A DNA stretch of 64,000 bases from Paracoccus sp. (in: a-proteobacteria) (GCF_047605025.1 NZ_JASGGO010000015.1:2970-66969), one strand, 5' to 3'; positions 8,772-18,663 are shown, counted from the stretch's first letter. Notes: generated by a model from the letters alone, not told the origin. Translations and numbers: made by a program.

Positions 8772-10015
8772 AAATCGGCAACGACGCCCGTTCCTATGGC
8801 GCCCTGGCGCGGCTGTTTCATTGGAGCATCGCCGCCCTGATCCTGGCGGCCATCGGCCTGGGCCTTTACGCGGGCAGCCTGCCCGGCGGCACGCAGGAAC
8901 AGTTGCAGCACATCTTCGCGACCTTCTCGGTCCACAAGACGGTGGGGGTCGCGGCGCTGGTCCTGGCGCTCCTGCGCATCCTCTGGACCCTGACCCAGCC
9001 GCGTCCGCGCCCGTTGCATCCACGCCGCCGCTTCGAGACCTTTCTGGCCGAGGCGGTGCATTGGGCGCTGTGGATCGGCATGGTGATGATGCCGCTTTCG
9101 GGCTGGCTTTTGCATTCGGCGGCGCCGGGCGGGTTTTCCCGCATCCTCTGGCCGCTTGGACAACGCCTGCCGCTGGTCCCCGAGGGCGCGGCCCTGGCCG
9201 AGCGTTTCGCGGCCTTTCACGAAACCGGCTGGTGGGTGCTGGCGGGGCTGATCGTTCTGCATGTCGCGGGTGCGCTGAAACATGCGCTGGTCGACCGCGA
9301 CGGCACCTTGAGCCGCATGGCCGGCCCCGCCGCCCGCGCGCCCGAGCCTCCGGCCTCGCGGATCCCGGTGCTGTCGCATCTGCTTGCGGCGCTGTCGGGC
9401 CTTGCGATCTGGGGCGCGGTGGCATCGGTCGCGATGACGGGGGCCACGATGACGGGGGCAGATGACGGGACCACGGGAGCGGCCACGGGAAAAGTTACGG
9501 AAAAAGTTACGGAAAAAGTTACGGGGGCGGCGGGCGCGTCCGCCTCGGGCTGGGCGGTGCAGCAGGGAACGCTGGGGATCGAGGTGGCGCAGGCAGGCAG
9601 CCCGGTATCAGGCCAGTTCACAACCTGGCAGGCAGCCATCGACTATGACCCCGCGACACAGGCCGGGCATGTGACGGTGACGATCGACATCGCCTCTTTG
9701 GTGCTGGGCGCGGTCAGCGACAGCGCCACGGGACCCGAGTTTCTGAACGCCCCGGCACATCCCACAGCGACATTCGACGCCGACATCCTGGCCGAGGCCG
9801 GCACCCATGTCGCGCGCGGCACGCTGACCATAGCCGGGCAGTCGATGCCGGCGGAGCTGCCCTTTGATCTGGCCATCGACGGCAACGACGCGACCGCCAG
9901 CGGCACGATGCGGGTGGACCGACGCGATTTCGGCATCGGTGCCGGTTACGGCGACGAAAGCACCGTGGGCTTCGCGGTGGCGATCAGCTTTGATCTGACG
10001 GCGCGGCGTCAATGA
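8768..10015 (+). CDS. Cytochrome b561 family membrane domain fused to a C-terminal YceI-like domain
   Basis: The ATG overlaps the tdk stop (ATGA). N-terminal [11 protein letters not shown]...HxxG helices are cyt b561-like. The C-terminal ~170 aa ([12 protein letters not shown]...GTLTIAGQS...FGIGAGY) is YceI-like. A low-complexity linker joins them. Confidence 0.82.
   Translation: MKIGNDARSYGALARLFHWSIAALILAAIGLGLYAGSLPGGTQEQLQHIFATFSVHKTVGVAALVLALLRILWTLTQPRPRPLHPRRRFETFLAEAVHWALWIGMVMMPLSGWLLHSAAPGGFSRILWPLGQRLPLVPEGAALAERFAAFHETGWWVLAGLIVLHVAGALKHALVDRDGTLSRMAGPAARAPEPPASRIPVLSHLLAALSGLAIWGAVASVAMTGATMTGADDGTTGAATGKVTEKVTEKVTGAAGASASGWAVQQGTLGIEVAQAGSPVSGQFTTWQAAIDYDPATQAGHVTVTIDIASLVLGAVSDSATGPEFLNAPAHPTATFDADILAEAGTHVARGTLTIAGQSMPAELPFDLAIDGNDATASGTMRVDRRDFGIGAGYGDESTVGFAVAISFDLTARRQ
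9488..9523 (+). repeat. 3 x 12-bp in-frame tandem repeat (GAAAAAGTTACG), encodes (E/G)KVT x3
   Basis: Read directly: ggaaaagttacg gaaaaagttacg gaaaaagttacg. It is markedly AT-rich inside a GC-rich gene, in the inter-domain linker. Confidence 0.9.
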
Positions 10016-10019
10016 CGCG

Positions 10020-10047
10020 AAAGGGCCGCCTCGGTGGGCGGCCCTTT
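10020..10047. terminator. Bidirectional intrinsic terminator between cyt b561-YceI and ndk
   Basis: Perfect 11-bp stem AAAGGGCCGCC/GGCGGCCCTTT with a 6-nt loop, and A/T runs on both sides. Confidence 0.7.
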
Positions 10048-10051
10048 CCTT

Positions 10052-10073
10052 GGGTATTTGCGAAACGAAGAAG
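10052..10073 (+). repeat. Intergenic box copy F (GGGTATTTGCGAAACGAAGAAG)
   Basis: Matches the GGRTATTTG...AAGAAG core seen at 6 other intergenic sites. Sits immediately 3' of the hairpin at 10020-10047. Confidence 0.55.
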
Positions 10074-10078
10074 CCGGA

Positions 10079-10501
10079 TCAGCCGACCAGTTCCAGACCC
10101 GAGAAGAAGAAGGCGATCTCGCGTGCGGCGGCCTCGGGGCTGTCCGAACCGTGGACCGAGTTTTCACCGACCGACAGGGCGAATTCCTTGCGGATGGTGC
10201 CTTCGTCGGCATTGGCGGGGTTGGTCGCGCCCATGACTTCGCGGTTCTTCAGGATGGCGCCCTCGCCCTCCAGCACCTGGACCACGACCGGCTGCGAGGT
10301 CATGAACTCGGTCAGTTCGCCATAGAAGGGGCGTTCCTTGTGCTCGGCATAGAACTGGCCCGCTTGCGCCAGCGTCAACTGGATGCGCTTTTGCGCGACG
10401 ATGCGCAGGCCCGCATCCTCGAACTTGGCGTTGATCTTGCCGGTCAGGTTGCGCTTGGTGGCGTCGGGTTTGATGATCGAAAGCGTGCGTTCGGTCGCCA
10501 T
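10079..10501 (-). CDS. ndk: Nucleoside diphosphate kinase
   Basis: 140 aa. [14 protein letters not shown]...NSVHGSDS active-site block. ATG at 10499-10501. Confidence 0.97.
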   Translation of the reverse strand: MATERTLSIIKPDATKRNLTGKINAKFEDAGLRIVAQKRIQLTLAQAGQFYAEHKERPFYGELTEFMTSQPVVVQVLEGEGAILKNREVMGATNPANADEGTIRKEFALSVGENSVHGSDSPEAAAREIAFFFSGLELVG

Positions 10502-10625
10502 GAGATATCCTTTCCATGTCCCGGCCCGAGCGGCCGGAAATCCGCGCCCGGTTATCATGCGCAAACCCGCTTGAAAAGGCGGCGCGGCATTGACGCCCGC
10601 GCGCGCTTCGTCCATGCGGTGGCCC

Positions 10626-12494
10626 ATGCTGCGCATCGACGACATATCCTATTCCATCGCTGGCAGGCCGCTGTTCGAGCAGGCCAGCGCCACCATTCCC
10701 GAAGGCCACAAGGTCGGCCTTGTCGGGCCGAACGGCGCGGGCAAGACAACGCTGTTCAAGCTGCTGCGAGGCGAGCTGGGCCTGGATGGCGGGGCGATTT
10801 CGCTGCCCCCCCGCGCCCGGATCGGAGGCGTCGCGCAGGAGGCGCCGGGGACCGGGGTGAGCGTCCTTGAGACGGTGCTGGCCGCAGACGAGGAACGCGC
10901 GGGCCTGATGGCCGAAGCCGCGACCGCCACCGACGCGCATCGCATCGCCGAGATCCAGACCCGGCTGGCCGACATCGACGCCTGGTCGGCCGAGGCCCGC
11001 GCCGCCACCATCCTGCGGGGCCTGGGCTTCTCGACCGAGGATCAGGCGCGGCCGACCAGCGATTATTCCGGCGGCTGGCGGATGCGGGTGGCCTTGGCCG
11101 GCGTGCTCTTCTCGCAGCCGGACCTGCTGCTGCTGGACGAGCCGACGAACTATCTGGACCTTGAGGGCGCGCTGTGGCTGGAAAGCTATCTGCAACGCTA
11201 TCCCCATACCGTCATCGTCATCAGCCATGACCGCGACCTGCTGAACCGCGCGGTCGGCCATATCCTGCATCTGGAACACCGCAAGCTGGTGCTTTACTCG
11301 GGCGGCTACGACACCTTCGCGCGCACCCGCGCCGAAAAGCGCGCCCTGCAAGCCGCCGAGGCCAGGAAGCAGGAGGCCCGGCGCGCGCATCTGCAAAGCT
11401 TCGTGGACCGCTTCCGCGCCAAGGCCAGCAAGGCCGTGCAGGCGCAGGCCCGGATCAAGATGCTGGCGAAGATGGAGCCGATCACCGCCCCGGAGGAGGC
11501 GAAGTTCCACCGCTTCGGCTTTCCCCAGCCGGATCAGCTTTCGCCGCCCATCGTCTCGCTTGACGGGGTAAGCGTCGGCTATGACGCGCGGGCGATCCTG
11601 AAGCGGCTGAACCTGCGCATCGACCAGGACGACCGCATCGCGCTTCTGGGCCGGAACGGTCAGGGCAAGTCCACGCTGTCGAAGCTGCTGGCCGGGCGGC
11701 TGGAACCGATGGAGGGGCGGATCAACCGCTCGGGCAAGCTGCGCATCGGCTATTTCGCCCAGCACCAGGTTGATGAGCTGGACCTGGACGAGACGCCCCT
11801 GGCCCATGTCCGCAGGCTGCGCCCGGACGAGGCGCCGCCCAGGCTGCGCGCGCGGCTGGCCGGTTTCGGGCTGATGGAGGCGCAGGCCGAAACCAGGGTG
11901 CGCCAGCTTTCGGGCGGGCAGAAAGCGCGGCTGTCCCTGCTGCTGGCCACGATCGACGCGCCGCACCTGCTGATCCTGGACGAGCCGACGAACCACCTGG
12001 ACATCGAATCCCGCGAGGCACTGACCGAGGCGCTGAACGACTATACCGGCGCCGTGGTGCTGGTCAGCCATGACATGCACCTGCTGAACCTGGTCGCGGA
12101 CCGGCTGTGGCTGGTCGACCAGGGCGGCGTCAGCCCCTGGCAGGGCGATCTGGACGATTACCGCCGGATGCTGCTCTCGGGCGAAGAGAAGGCTGAGCCG
12201 AAAGAGGCCCAGCCCGCATCGAAGCCTGCATCGAAGCCCGCGGCCAAGCGCCCCACGCGCGACCGCATCCTTGAGCTTCGCGGCGATGCCCGCCGGGCCG
12301 AGGAACGGGTCGAGAAGCTGGCCGCCATGCTGGAAAAGCTTGACGCGATCATGGCCGACCCGGCAACCTATGACGATGCGCAAAAGGCCGAAAGCTTTGG
12401 CCGGAAGCATGCCGAAGCCAGCGAGGCCATGCTGCGGGCCGAGGCCCTTTGGATGGAGGCGCTGGAGCGGCTGGACCAGGCCGAGCGCGGCTGA
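10626..12494 (+). CDS. ABC-F family ATPase (two ABC cassettes, no membrane domain)
   Basis: Cassette 1: [26 protein letters not shown]. Cassette 2: [26 protein letters not shown]. Charged C-terminal tail. Start taken at MLRIDD. Confidence 0.92.
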   Translation: MLRIDDISYSIAGRPLFEQASATIPEGHKVGLVGPNGAGKTTLFKLLRGELGLDGGAISLPPRARIGGVAQEAPGTGVSVLETVLAADEERAGLMAEAATATDAHRIAEIQTRLADIDAWSAEARAATILRGLGFSTEDQARPTSDYSGGWRMRVALAGVLFSQPDLLLLDEPTNYLDLEGALWLESYLQRYPHTVIVISHDRDLLNRAVGHILHLEHRKLVLYSGGYDTFARTRAEKRALQAAEARKQEARRAHLQSFVDRFRAKASKAVQAQARIKMLAKMEPITAPEEAKFHRFGFPQPDQLSPPIVSLDGVSVGYDARAILKRLNLRIDQDDRIALLGRNGQGKSTLSKLLAGRLEPMEGRINRSGKLRIGYFAQHQVDELDLDETPLAHVRRLRPDEAPPRLRARLAGFGLMEAQAETRVRQLSGGQKARLSLLLATIDAPHLLILDEPTNHLDIESREALTEALNDYTGAVVLVSHDMHLLNLVADRLWLVDQGGVSPWQGDLDDYRRMLLSGEEKAEPKEAQPASKPASKPAAKRPTRDRILELRGDARRAEERVEKLAAMLEKLDAIMADPATYDDAQKAESFGRKHAEASEAMLRAEALWMEALERLDQAERG

Positions 12495-12609
12495 CGCGCC
12501 CGATTGCAACACTTGCCGACCCAATCCCGCGCCTTTGCGCCCGCGGGCTTGTCACAGGCGCGAGAATCACCGAAAGGTCCGCCCAGATCCGAACCAAGGA
12601 AACCACCCC

Positions 12610-13353
12610 ATGACCCGCGCCCTTGCCATTGCTCTTCTGTCCGTTTCCGTCCTGGCGGCTCCGGCGGCTGCGCAATCCCTGCGCGGGATGGACCAGTTCT
12701 CGTTCGATGCGGGGCTGGGGCTGACCTATGGTCCCGATTACATGGGCGCGGGCGATGACGGCGCCTCGCCCTGGATCATCCTGCGCAACCCGCGACTGGG
12801 CGGCGAACAGGGCCAGAAGCAGGGGCTGGCAATCACCCCTTCGGTGAATTTCATCGGCAAGCGGGATGCGGGCGACAGCGATTCGCTCTCGGGGATGGAC
12901 GATATCGGCGTGACCGGAGAGTTGGGGCTGCGCCTGTCCTATGTCAGCGGTCCCGTCACCAGCTACGGCGCCATGCGCAAGGGTTTCGGTGGCCATAGCG
13001 GGCTGGTGGGCGAAATCGGCACCAAATACCGCTATGATGCCAGCGACAAGCTTAGCCTCTGGACCGGGGTGGAACTGGAATTGGGCGATGACGAGTTCAC
13101 CGGGACCTATTTCGGCGTCACCGATGCCGAATCGCTGGCCAGCGGCCACGCCGCCTATGATCCCGATGGCGGCGCCTATCAGGCCAAGCTGAGCCTTGAG
13201 GCGCGCTATATGCTGACGCCCGACACCTCGCTGATCGGGCGCGTGACCTATGGCCACCTGCTGGGCGATGCGGCCGACAGCCCGCTGGTCCAGGATAAGG
13301 GCGCACCGTCGATCAGCCTGGGCATCGCGCGCCGGCTGAACTTCCGCTTCTGA
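12610..13353 (+). CDS. MipA/OmpV-family outer-membrane protein
   Basis: Signal peptide MTRALAIALLSVSVLAAPAAAQ, Gly/Tyr-rich alternating beta-strand pattern, C-terminal ...RLNFRF. Confidence 0.75.
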   Translation: MTRALAIALLSVSVLAAPAAAQSLRGMDQFSFDAGLGLTYGPDYMGAGDDGASPWIILRNPRLGGEQGQKQGLAITPSVNFIGKRDAGDSDSLSGMDDIGVTGELGLRLSYVSGPVTSYGAMRKGFGGHSGLVGEIGTKYRYDASDKLSLWTGVELELGDDEFTGTYFGVTDAESLASGHAAYDPDGGAYQAKLSLEARYMLTPDTSLIGRVTYGHLLGDAADSPLVQDKGAPSISLGIARRLNFRF

Positions 13354-13387
13354 TAGGGCCCGGCCTTTCCCGTTCTGGAGCCTGCGC

Positions 13388-13414
13388 CCTTGCCGGGACT
13401 GGACCCCGGCAAGG
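13388..13414 (+). terminator. Hairpin after the MipA-like gene
   Basis: CCTTGCCGGG-actggac-CCCGGCAAGG, a 10-bp stem 35 nt after the stop, with a weak T tract. Confidence 0.45.
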
Positions 13415-13458
13415 CATGGTTCTATATAATTGCCAGTTATTGACAGGATGCGGCCCGC

Positions 13459-13818
13459 ATGACCACCGACAACCTTACGGAAGGCGATCCGCTGATCGCG
13501 CCCTCGACGACCGAACATCCGCTTTACGACAGCGTCGTCGAGGCTTGCAAGACCGTCTATGACCCCGAAATCCCGGTCAATATCTTTGACCTGGGGCTGA
13601 TCTACACCATCGCCATCAATGACGAGAACCTGGTCCGGGTGATCATGACCCTGACCGCCCCCGGCTGCCCCGTCGCGGGCGAGATGCCGGGCTGGGTCGC
13701 GGATGCCGTCGAGGCCATCCCCGGCGTCAAGCAGGTCGATGTCGAGATGACCTTTCAACCGCAATGGGGTATGGACATGATGTCCGACGAGGCCCGGCTG
13801 GAGCTTGGCTTCATTTGA
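13459..13818 (+). CDS. DUF59/MIP18-family Fe-S assembly protein (SufT-like)
   Basis: VYDPEIPVNIFDLGLIY...LTAPGCP is the DUF59 signature. Confidence 0.85.
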   Translation: MTTDNLTEGDPLIAPSTTEHPLYDSVVEACKTVYDPEIPVNIFDLGLIYTIAINDENLVRVIMTLTAPGCPVAGEMPGWVADAVEAIPGVKQVDVEMTFQPQWGMDMMSDEARLELGFI

Positions 13819-13832
13819 GCGCGCGCGAGGAT

Positions 13833-14378
13833 ATGCTGGCCGGCCGCCCCTATGATCCGGGCGATGGCGAGTTGGTCTCGTTGCGGCGGCAAGCGCAAAG
13901 CCTGATGCGCGACTATAATGCCACGATCACCGGCGACAAGCATCGCGCCCGCACGCTGACCCAGCTTCTGGGCAGTTGGAACGGCGCGGTGATCCGCGCG
14001 CCCTTCAGCGTCGATTACGGCAAGAACATCCATTTCGGCGAGGGATGCTTTGTCAATTTCGGATGCTTTTTCATGGATATATGCGAGATTCGCATCGGCG
14101 CGCGCGTGCAGTTCGGCACCGGCGTCCATGTCCTGACCGAGGATCGGCCCCGCGACCGTGCCAGCCGTGCCCAAGGCACCGAATGGGGGCGTCCGATCAG
14201 CATCGGGGATGATTGCTGGATCGGCGGCGGCGCGATCATTCTGCCCGGTGTGACCGTGGGTGAGGGCGCCATCGTCGGCGCGGGCGCCGTGGTCAGCCGC
14301 GACGTGCCGGCAGGCGCGACTGTCGTGGGCAGCCCCGCCCGGCCCATCCCCGCCCGGCCTATCCGCAGCCCCGCCTAA
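13833..14378 (+). CDS. Sugar O-acetyltransferase (Maa/LacA-like, hexapeptide-repeat)
   Basis: MLAGRPYDPGD...LMRDYNAT N-terminus and left-handed beta-helix repeats IGDDCWIGGGAIILPGVTVGEGAIVGAGAVV. An alternative TTG start at 13815 overlaps the upstream stop. Confidence 0.85.
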   Translation: MLAGRPYDPGDGELVSLRRQAQSLMRDYNATITGDKHRARTLTQLLGSWNGAVIRAPFSVDYGKNIHFGEGCFVNFGCFFMDICEIRIGARVQFGTGVHVLTEDRPRDRASRAQGTEWGRPISIGDDCWIGGGAIILPGVTVGEGAIVGAGAVVSRDVPAGATVVGSPARPIPARPIRSPA

Positions 14379-14380
14379 GA

Positions 14381-14947
14381 TCAGAACAGGATGCGGTGCC
14401 TGCCCCCTTGCAGGTGATGGACCGCGCCTTGCAGCACCGGCATCCTCGCCAGTTCGCCGGGCGCAAGCCCCATCGCCACGCAGCGCAGCATGCGCAGGGT
14501 GATCCCATGCGTGACCAGGATCGCGGGTGCGCGCAGTTCCGACAGAAATCCCCGCGCCCGCGCCTCCAACGCGGCGAAATCCTCGCCCCCCGGAATGCGG
14601 TCATACCAGCCCAGCCCTTCGGCGAGGATACCCGGATGGTCGCGGCGCAGATCGGCCATCAATTGGCCGGTGAAGGCGCCAGTGTCGATTTCTTGCAGCC
14701 TTGGGTCGCTTCGGAAAGGCCGCGCGCCCAGGGCAATCCGCGCCGTTTCCTGCGCCCGGCCCGAGGGGCTGGCGATGGCCTGGATGCCGGCGGGCAGCCG
14801 CGCCAGGATCTGCGCCTGCCGCCGCGCCTGCTGCCGCCCCAGCGGGGTCAGCGGCGAATCCAGCCGGCCCTGGATGCGTCCCTCAAGGTTCCATTCCGTT
14901 TGTCCGTGGCGCAGCAGCCACAAATCAGACCCGCCGGTCATGCCCAT
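14381..14947 (-). CDS. Histidine phosphatase (phosphoglycerate-mutase-like) family protein
   Basis: LWLLRHGQTEWN RHG motif. An alternative ATG at 14939-14941 would overlap the hemF stop as ATGA. Confidence 0.85.
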   Translation of the reverse strand: MGMTGGSDLWLLRHGQTEWNLEGRIQGRLDSPLTPLGRQQARRQAQILARLPAGIQAIASPSGRAQETARIALGARPFRSDPRLQEIDTGAFTGQLMADLRRDHPGILAEGLGWYDRIPGGEDFAALEARARGFLSELRAPAILVTHGITLRMLRCVAMGLAPGELARMPVLQGAVHHLQGGRHRILF

Positions 14948-15813
14948 TTCGCCAAGGGAGGCAGGCTCATCAGCACGGCCTCGGGATCGTGACCAGTAGC
15001 AAGGCCGAATTTCGTGCCCCGGTCGTAGACGAGATTATATTCCGCATAAAGCCCACGATGGGTCAATTGCACCTCGCGCTCGGCCTCTCCCCAGGGTTCG
15101 GCCATGCGCCGTCGGGCCAAAGGCAGAAAGGCGGGCAGAAACGCCTCGCCAACGGACTTGGTAAAGGCGAAATCGGCCTGCCAGTCGCCGCTGTTCAGAT
15201 CGTCATAGAAGATGCCGCCAACGCCCCGCGCGCGCTGCCGATGGGGAATAAAGAAATACTCATCCGCCCAGGCCCTGAAACGGTCGTAATAATCCGTCCC
15301 GTGCGCCACGCAGGCGTGACGCAGGGTGTCGTGAAAATGCGTCGTGTCCTCGGGATATTCCAGGCAGGGGTTCAGGTCGCTGCCCCCCCCGAACCACCAA
15401 GCGCCGGGGGTCCAGAACATGCGCGTGTTCATATGCACGGCGGGGGCGTGGGGATTTTGCATATGCGCGACCAGGCTGATCCCCGAAGCCCAGAAGCGCG
15501 GATCCTTCTCGACCCCCGGAACGCCGCGCGCGGCCATGGCGCCGCAGGCGGCGGGCGACAACGCGCCATGCACTGCCGACCAGTTCACGCCGACCTTTTC
15601 AAAGACCCGGCCGCCCCGCATCACCGACATCAGGCCGCCGCCACCCTCTTCGCGGCGGGTTTCGCGCACATCGAACCGGCCGGGCGGCGTATCGCCCCCC
15701 GCCTCTTCCTCCAGCGCCTCGAAGGCGGCCACGATCCGGTCGCGAAGGACATGGAACCAATCCGCCGCCTGCGCGCGTTCCAACTGCATCTGCATGGCCG
15801 AAATCCTTTGCAT
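14938..15813 (-). CDS. hemF: Oxygen-dependent coproporphyrinogen III oxidase
   Basis: Blocks GGGGLMSVMRGGRVFEKVGVN, WWFGGGSDLNP and HRGLYAEYNLVYDRGTKFGL are HemF signatures. Confidence 0.93.
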   Translation of the reverse strand: MQRISAMQMQLERAQAADWFHVLRDRIVAAFEALEEEAGGDTPPGRFDVRETRREEGGGGLMSVMRGGRVFEKVGVNWSAVHGALSPAACGAMAARGVPGVEKDPRFWASGISLVAHMQNPHAPAVHMNTRMFWTPGAWWFGGGSDLNPCLEYPEDTTHFHDTLRHACVAHGTDYYDRFRAWADEYFFIPHRQRARGVGGIFYDDLNSGDWQADFAFTKSVGEAFLPAFLPLARRRMAEPWGEAEREVQLTHRGLYAEYNLVYDRGTKFGLATGHDPEAVLMSLPPLAKWA

Positions 15814-15876
15814 TCTTGATTTGCCCAGTTCGGGTGCAGGGCATAAGCTTGATGCAGAGCAGTAGAGAAACCTTCC

Positions 15877-16290
15877 ATGTCCCGCAACATCGCGCTTGCC
15901 TTTTTCCCCCTTCTTGCCCTGGCCGCCTGCGGCACGCCGCAGGAACGCTGTATCAGCAGAAATACAAGTGAATACAGGACAGTATCGCGACTTCTTGCCG
16001 AGGTTGAGGGTAATTTGGCGCGCGGTTATGCCTGGGAGGAGCGCGAGGTGGCGCGCAGCGAATGGGATGACTGTCCCTTCACCTATCGCGGCAAGAACGG
16101 CGAGCGTTACGTCAGCTATCGCCCCTGCCGACGCGACGTGATCGATACCGAGCGCTACCGCGTCCCGATCGACCCCGCCTCCGAGACCCGCAAGCGCGAC
16201 AACCTGATCAAGCGCAAGCAGGCCCTTGCAAGTTCGTCCGCGCGCGCGGTCGATGCCTGCAAGTCCGCCTATCCCGAAACGCCGAAATGA
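15877..16290 (+). CDS. Putative lipoprotein (137 aa)
   Basis: Signal peptide with lipobox LLALAAC. No further homology recognised. Confidence 0.65.
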   Translation: MSRNIALAFFPLLALAACGTPQERCISRNTSEYRTVSRLLAEVEGNLARGYAWEEREVARSEWDDCPFTYRGKNGERYVSYRPCRRDVIDTERYRVPIDPASETRKRDNLIKRKQALASSSARAVDACKSAYPETPK

Positions 16291-17097
16291 TCAGTAGCTG
16301 ATCGGCTGGCCGGGATCGCCCAGGCTGCGGCCACCATCGACGCGCAGGATCTGCCCGGTCATGAAGCTTGAGCCCTCGCTGGCCAGGAACTGCACCGTAT
16401 CGCCCAGCTCATCCGCGCCGCCGATCCGTCCCAAAGGGGTCGAGGCGATCAGCCTGTCGCGGATGCCCGGCTCCTCGCGCAGTTGCAGTTGCAAATGGTT
16501 CGACATGATCGAGGCGAAGGCCACCCCGTTCACGCGGATGCGCTTGGGCGCCAGCGCCACGGCCAGGGACCGCGTTGCCTGGGCCTGGGCGGCGCTGGCG
16601 ATGGAATAGGCCAGCATGTTCGCCGCCGGGCGGTCGGCCACCAGCGAACTGACATTCACGATGGTGCCGCTCTGCAACCGATTGTCCTTGGGCTCTTCCT
16701 CGGCTTGGGCGACCATGCGGCGCGCGACCATCTGCGACAGCTTCAGCCCCGAGATCATGTTCTCGCGCAGCATCTTGCCCAAAAGCTCATCATTCATCGT
16801 CAGCGGGTCGCAAAGCTGGACGGCGCGATGGGCATTGACCAGGATGTCGACACGCTCGAAGGCGTCGATGGTCGCCGAGACCAGGTTCGCCAGTGCCAGC
16901 TTCTGGCCCAGATCGCCGGCGAATGCGCGGATCGGGCCGTCGCTTGGGTCGCCAATCTCGGCATGCAGGGCGGATTCGTCGCTATCGGCGAAGACCACCT
17001 GCGCGCCTGCATTCTGGAAATGCCGCGCGATGGCCAGGCCGATGCCGCGCGCGGCGCCGGTAACGATGGCGGTCTTGCCCTGGATCGAAAGCCTCAT
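16291..17097 (-). CDS. Short-chain dehydrogenase/reductase family protein (atypical active site)
   Basis: TGAARGIGLAIA Rossmann motif and NVSS Ser. The YxxxK position reads YSIAS, so the Lys is absent. Confidence 0.85.
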   Translation of the reverse strand: MRLSIQGKTAIVTGAARGIGLAIARHFQNAGAQVVFADSDESALHAEIGDPSDGPIRAFAGDLGQKLALANLVSATIDAFERVDILVNAHRAVQLCDPLTMNDELLGKMLRENMISGLKLSQMVARRMVAQAEEEPKDNRLQSGTIVNVSSLVADRPAANMLAYSIASAAQAQATRSLAVALAPKRIRVNGVAFASIMSNHLQLQLREEPGIRDRLIASTPLGRIGGADELGDTVQFLASEGSSFMTGQILRVDGGRSLGDPGQPISY

Positions 17098-18107
17098 CTG
17101 CGGCGTCCCCTTGCAGGCTTGGCCGAGGCGCGGCGCGCGCCCGTGGCGGTCAGGATCTTGAAGCGGCTGTCCCCGCCCAGTTCGGCGACATCGGCGAAAG
17201 CCTCGCGCAGCACCGCCTCATAGGGCAGGTGCCGGTTCGCGACCATCCAAAGCCGCCCCGCCCCCGTCAGCATCCCCGCGGCCGCGCGGATGAAACCCGC
17301 GCCCAAGGCCGGATCGGCGTTGCGCCCGTCATGGAAAGGCGGGTTCATCACCAGGCCGTTCACCGGCTCGGGCAGACGGAAATCCAGCGCATCGGCCCAA
17401 TGGAAGCGTGCGCGGGGATCGGTCACGTTGCGCCGCGCGCAGTCCAGCGCCACGGCGTCGGCCTCGATCAGATGCAGGGTCTCGACACCGGGACGTGTCA
17501 GGACCTGCGCCGCAAGCCAGCCCCAGCCCGCGCCCAGATCGACCATGCGGGTCGGTAGCTTCTCGGGCAGATGCGCCGCCAGCGCGACCGAAGCCGGGTC
17601 GGGCGCATCGGCCGAAAAGACGCCCGGCCGGGTGACGAAGCCCGGCGCGGCCTGATGATCCGCCGCAGCCCAATCGCCGGGGAACCAGCCCGCTTCGGGC
17701 AGGGTCAGGCGAAAGATCTTGCCATGGGCGCGGGACTGCACGCCATCGACCGGAGCCATGCCGCGCAATTCCTTCAGGACCGAATCGACGCCATCCGTCT
17801 TCTGCCCGTCGATCCAAAGCGAGGCGCCGGGCGGCAGATGCGCGGCGGCCTCGGCGATGCGGGCGCGCGCCTCGGCCCGCGCGCGGGGCAGAAAGACGAT
17901 GCCCCCGTCGAAATCGCCCTGTGCCTGGGTCACGGCGGCAAAGCCCCGCGCCTTCAGCCAGGCGACATCCGGGAAATGGCGCTGCACCACCTGGGTGCGC
18001 GCGGGATCGAAGCAATCAAGATCGCTTTCACGTCCGGCGCCGATCAGCAACAGACGAGTTTCGGGCGGGGCATCGCCGAATACGAGCTCCAGTCGGGAAC
18101 CAGCCAA
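17094..18107 (-). CDS. Class I SAM-dependent rRNA (guanine-N2) methyltransferase, RsmC/RlmG-like
   Basis: VDLGAGWG SAM-binding loop and VMNPPFH catalytic motif. 4-nt overlap with the SDR gene start. Confidence 0.82.
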   Translation of the reverse strand: MAGSRLELVFGDAPPETRLLLIGAGRESDLDCFDPARTQVVQRHFPDVAWLKARGFAAVTQAQGDFDGGIVFLPRARAEARARIAEAAAHLPPGASLWIDGQKTDGVDSVLKELRGMAPVDGVQSRAHGKIFRLTLPEAGWFPGDWAAADHQAAPGFVTRPGVFSADAPDPASVALAAHLPEKLPTRMVDLGAGWGWLAAQVLTRPGVETLHLIEADAVALDCARRNVTDPRARFHWADALDFRLPEPVNGLVMNPPFHDGRNADPALGAGFIRAAAGMLTGAGRLWMVANRHLPYEAVLREAFADVAELGGDSRFKILTATGARRASAKPARGRRR

Positions 18108-18110
18108 ATT

Positions 18111-18455
18111 CTACTCTTTTTCCATGGTGCATTGCAGCGGATGCTGCTGACGGCGGGCAAGCTCCATGACCTGCGCCACCTTGGTTTCGGCGATCTCATG
18201 CGAGTAGACGCCGACGACCGCGACCCCCCGGCGATGGACCGTCAGCATGATCTCGATGGCCTGGGCATGGGACATGCTGAAAAGCCGCTCAAGCACATGC
18301 ACGACGAACTCCATCGGAGTGAAATCGTCGTTCAATAGCAATACTTTATAAAGCGGCGGCCGCTTCGTGCGCGGCTTGGTCTTGACCGCAAGATCGGCAT
18401 CCTCGCCTTCGTTCGGATGTTTTGTCATGAACGGCTCAGTCACGGCGCCTAGCAC
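18111..18455 (-). CDS. clpS: ATP-dependent Clp protease adaptor ClpS
   Basis: [23 protein letters not shown]...HRRGVAVVG core. The start is GTG at 18455 or ATG at 18428; neither has a clear SD. Confidence 0.92.
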   Translation of the reverse strand: MLGAVTEPFMTKHPNEGEDADLAVKTKPRTKRPPLYKVLLLNDDFTPMEFVVHVLERLFSMSHAQAIEIMLTVHRRGVAVVGVYSHEIAETKVAQVMELARRQQHPLQCTMEKE

Positions 18456-18663
18456 ATCGCTGTTGGATCAAGGGCACAATATAGGATTTCTTGCACGGTG
18501 ATGTAAGCCCCCGCAAGGCATGGGCAGGAAACAACTATAGGGAGATCTGGCCCCGAAAACCGCAAACTGACGGTTTTCGAATGCCCGAAGCCGTGATATT
18601 ATCGAAAAATTAACGAAGGGCCTGCATCAATGACAGACCCTCAGAGGCAGAGAGACCGGGACA

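Noticed and set aside
9420-9530. Short tandem repeats here, in the ABC-F tail (12214-12238, GCATCGAAGCC x2) and in the DUF4167 gene (37500-37700), as possible CRISPR-like arrays.
   Set aside because: Units are 9-12 bp, contiguous without spacers, in frame inside coding regions. They are low-complexity protein linkers, not CRISPR.
15826-15839. TTGATTTGCCCAGT upstream of hemF as a third FNR box.
   Set aside because: Only the left half-site matches; the right half (CCAGT) does not resemble ATCAA/GTCAA.
18554-18579. Hairpin CGAAAACCG-caaactga-CGGTTTTCG in the clpS / carboxypeptidase divergent spacer as a riboswitch or sRNA.
   Set aside because: An isolated 9-bp stem with no flanking conserved-looking structure or known motif. 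Most simply part of a 5' leader.
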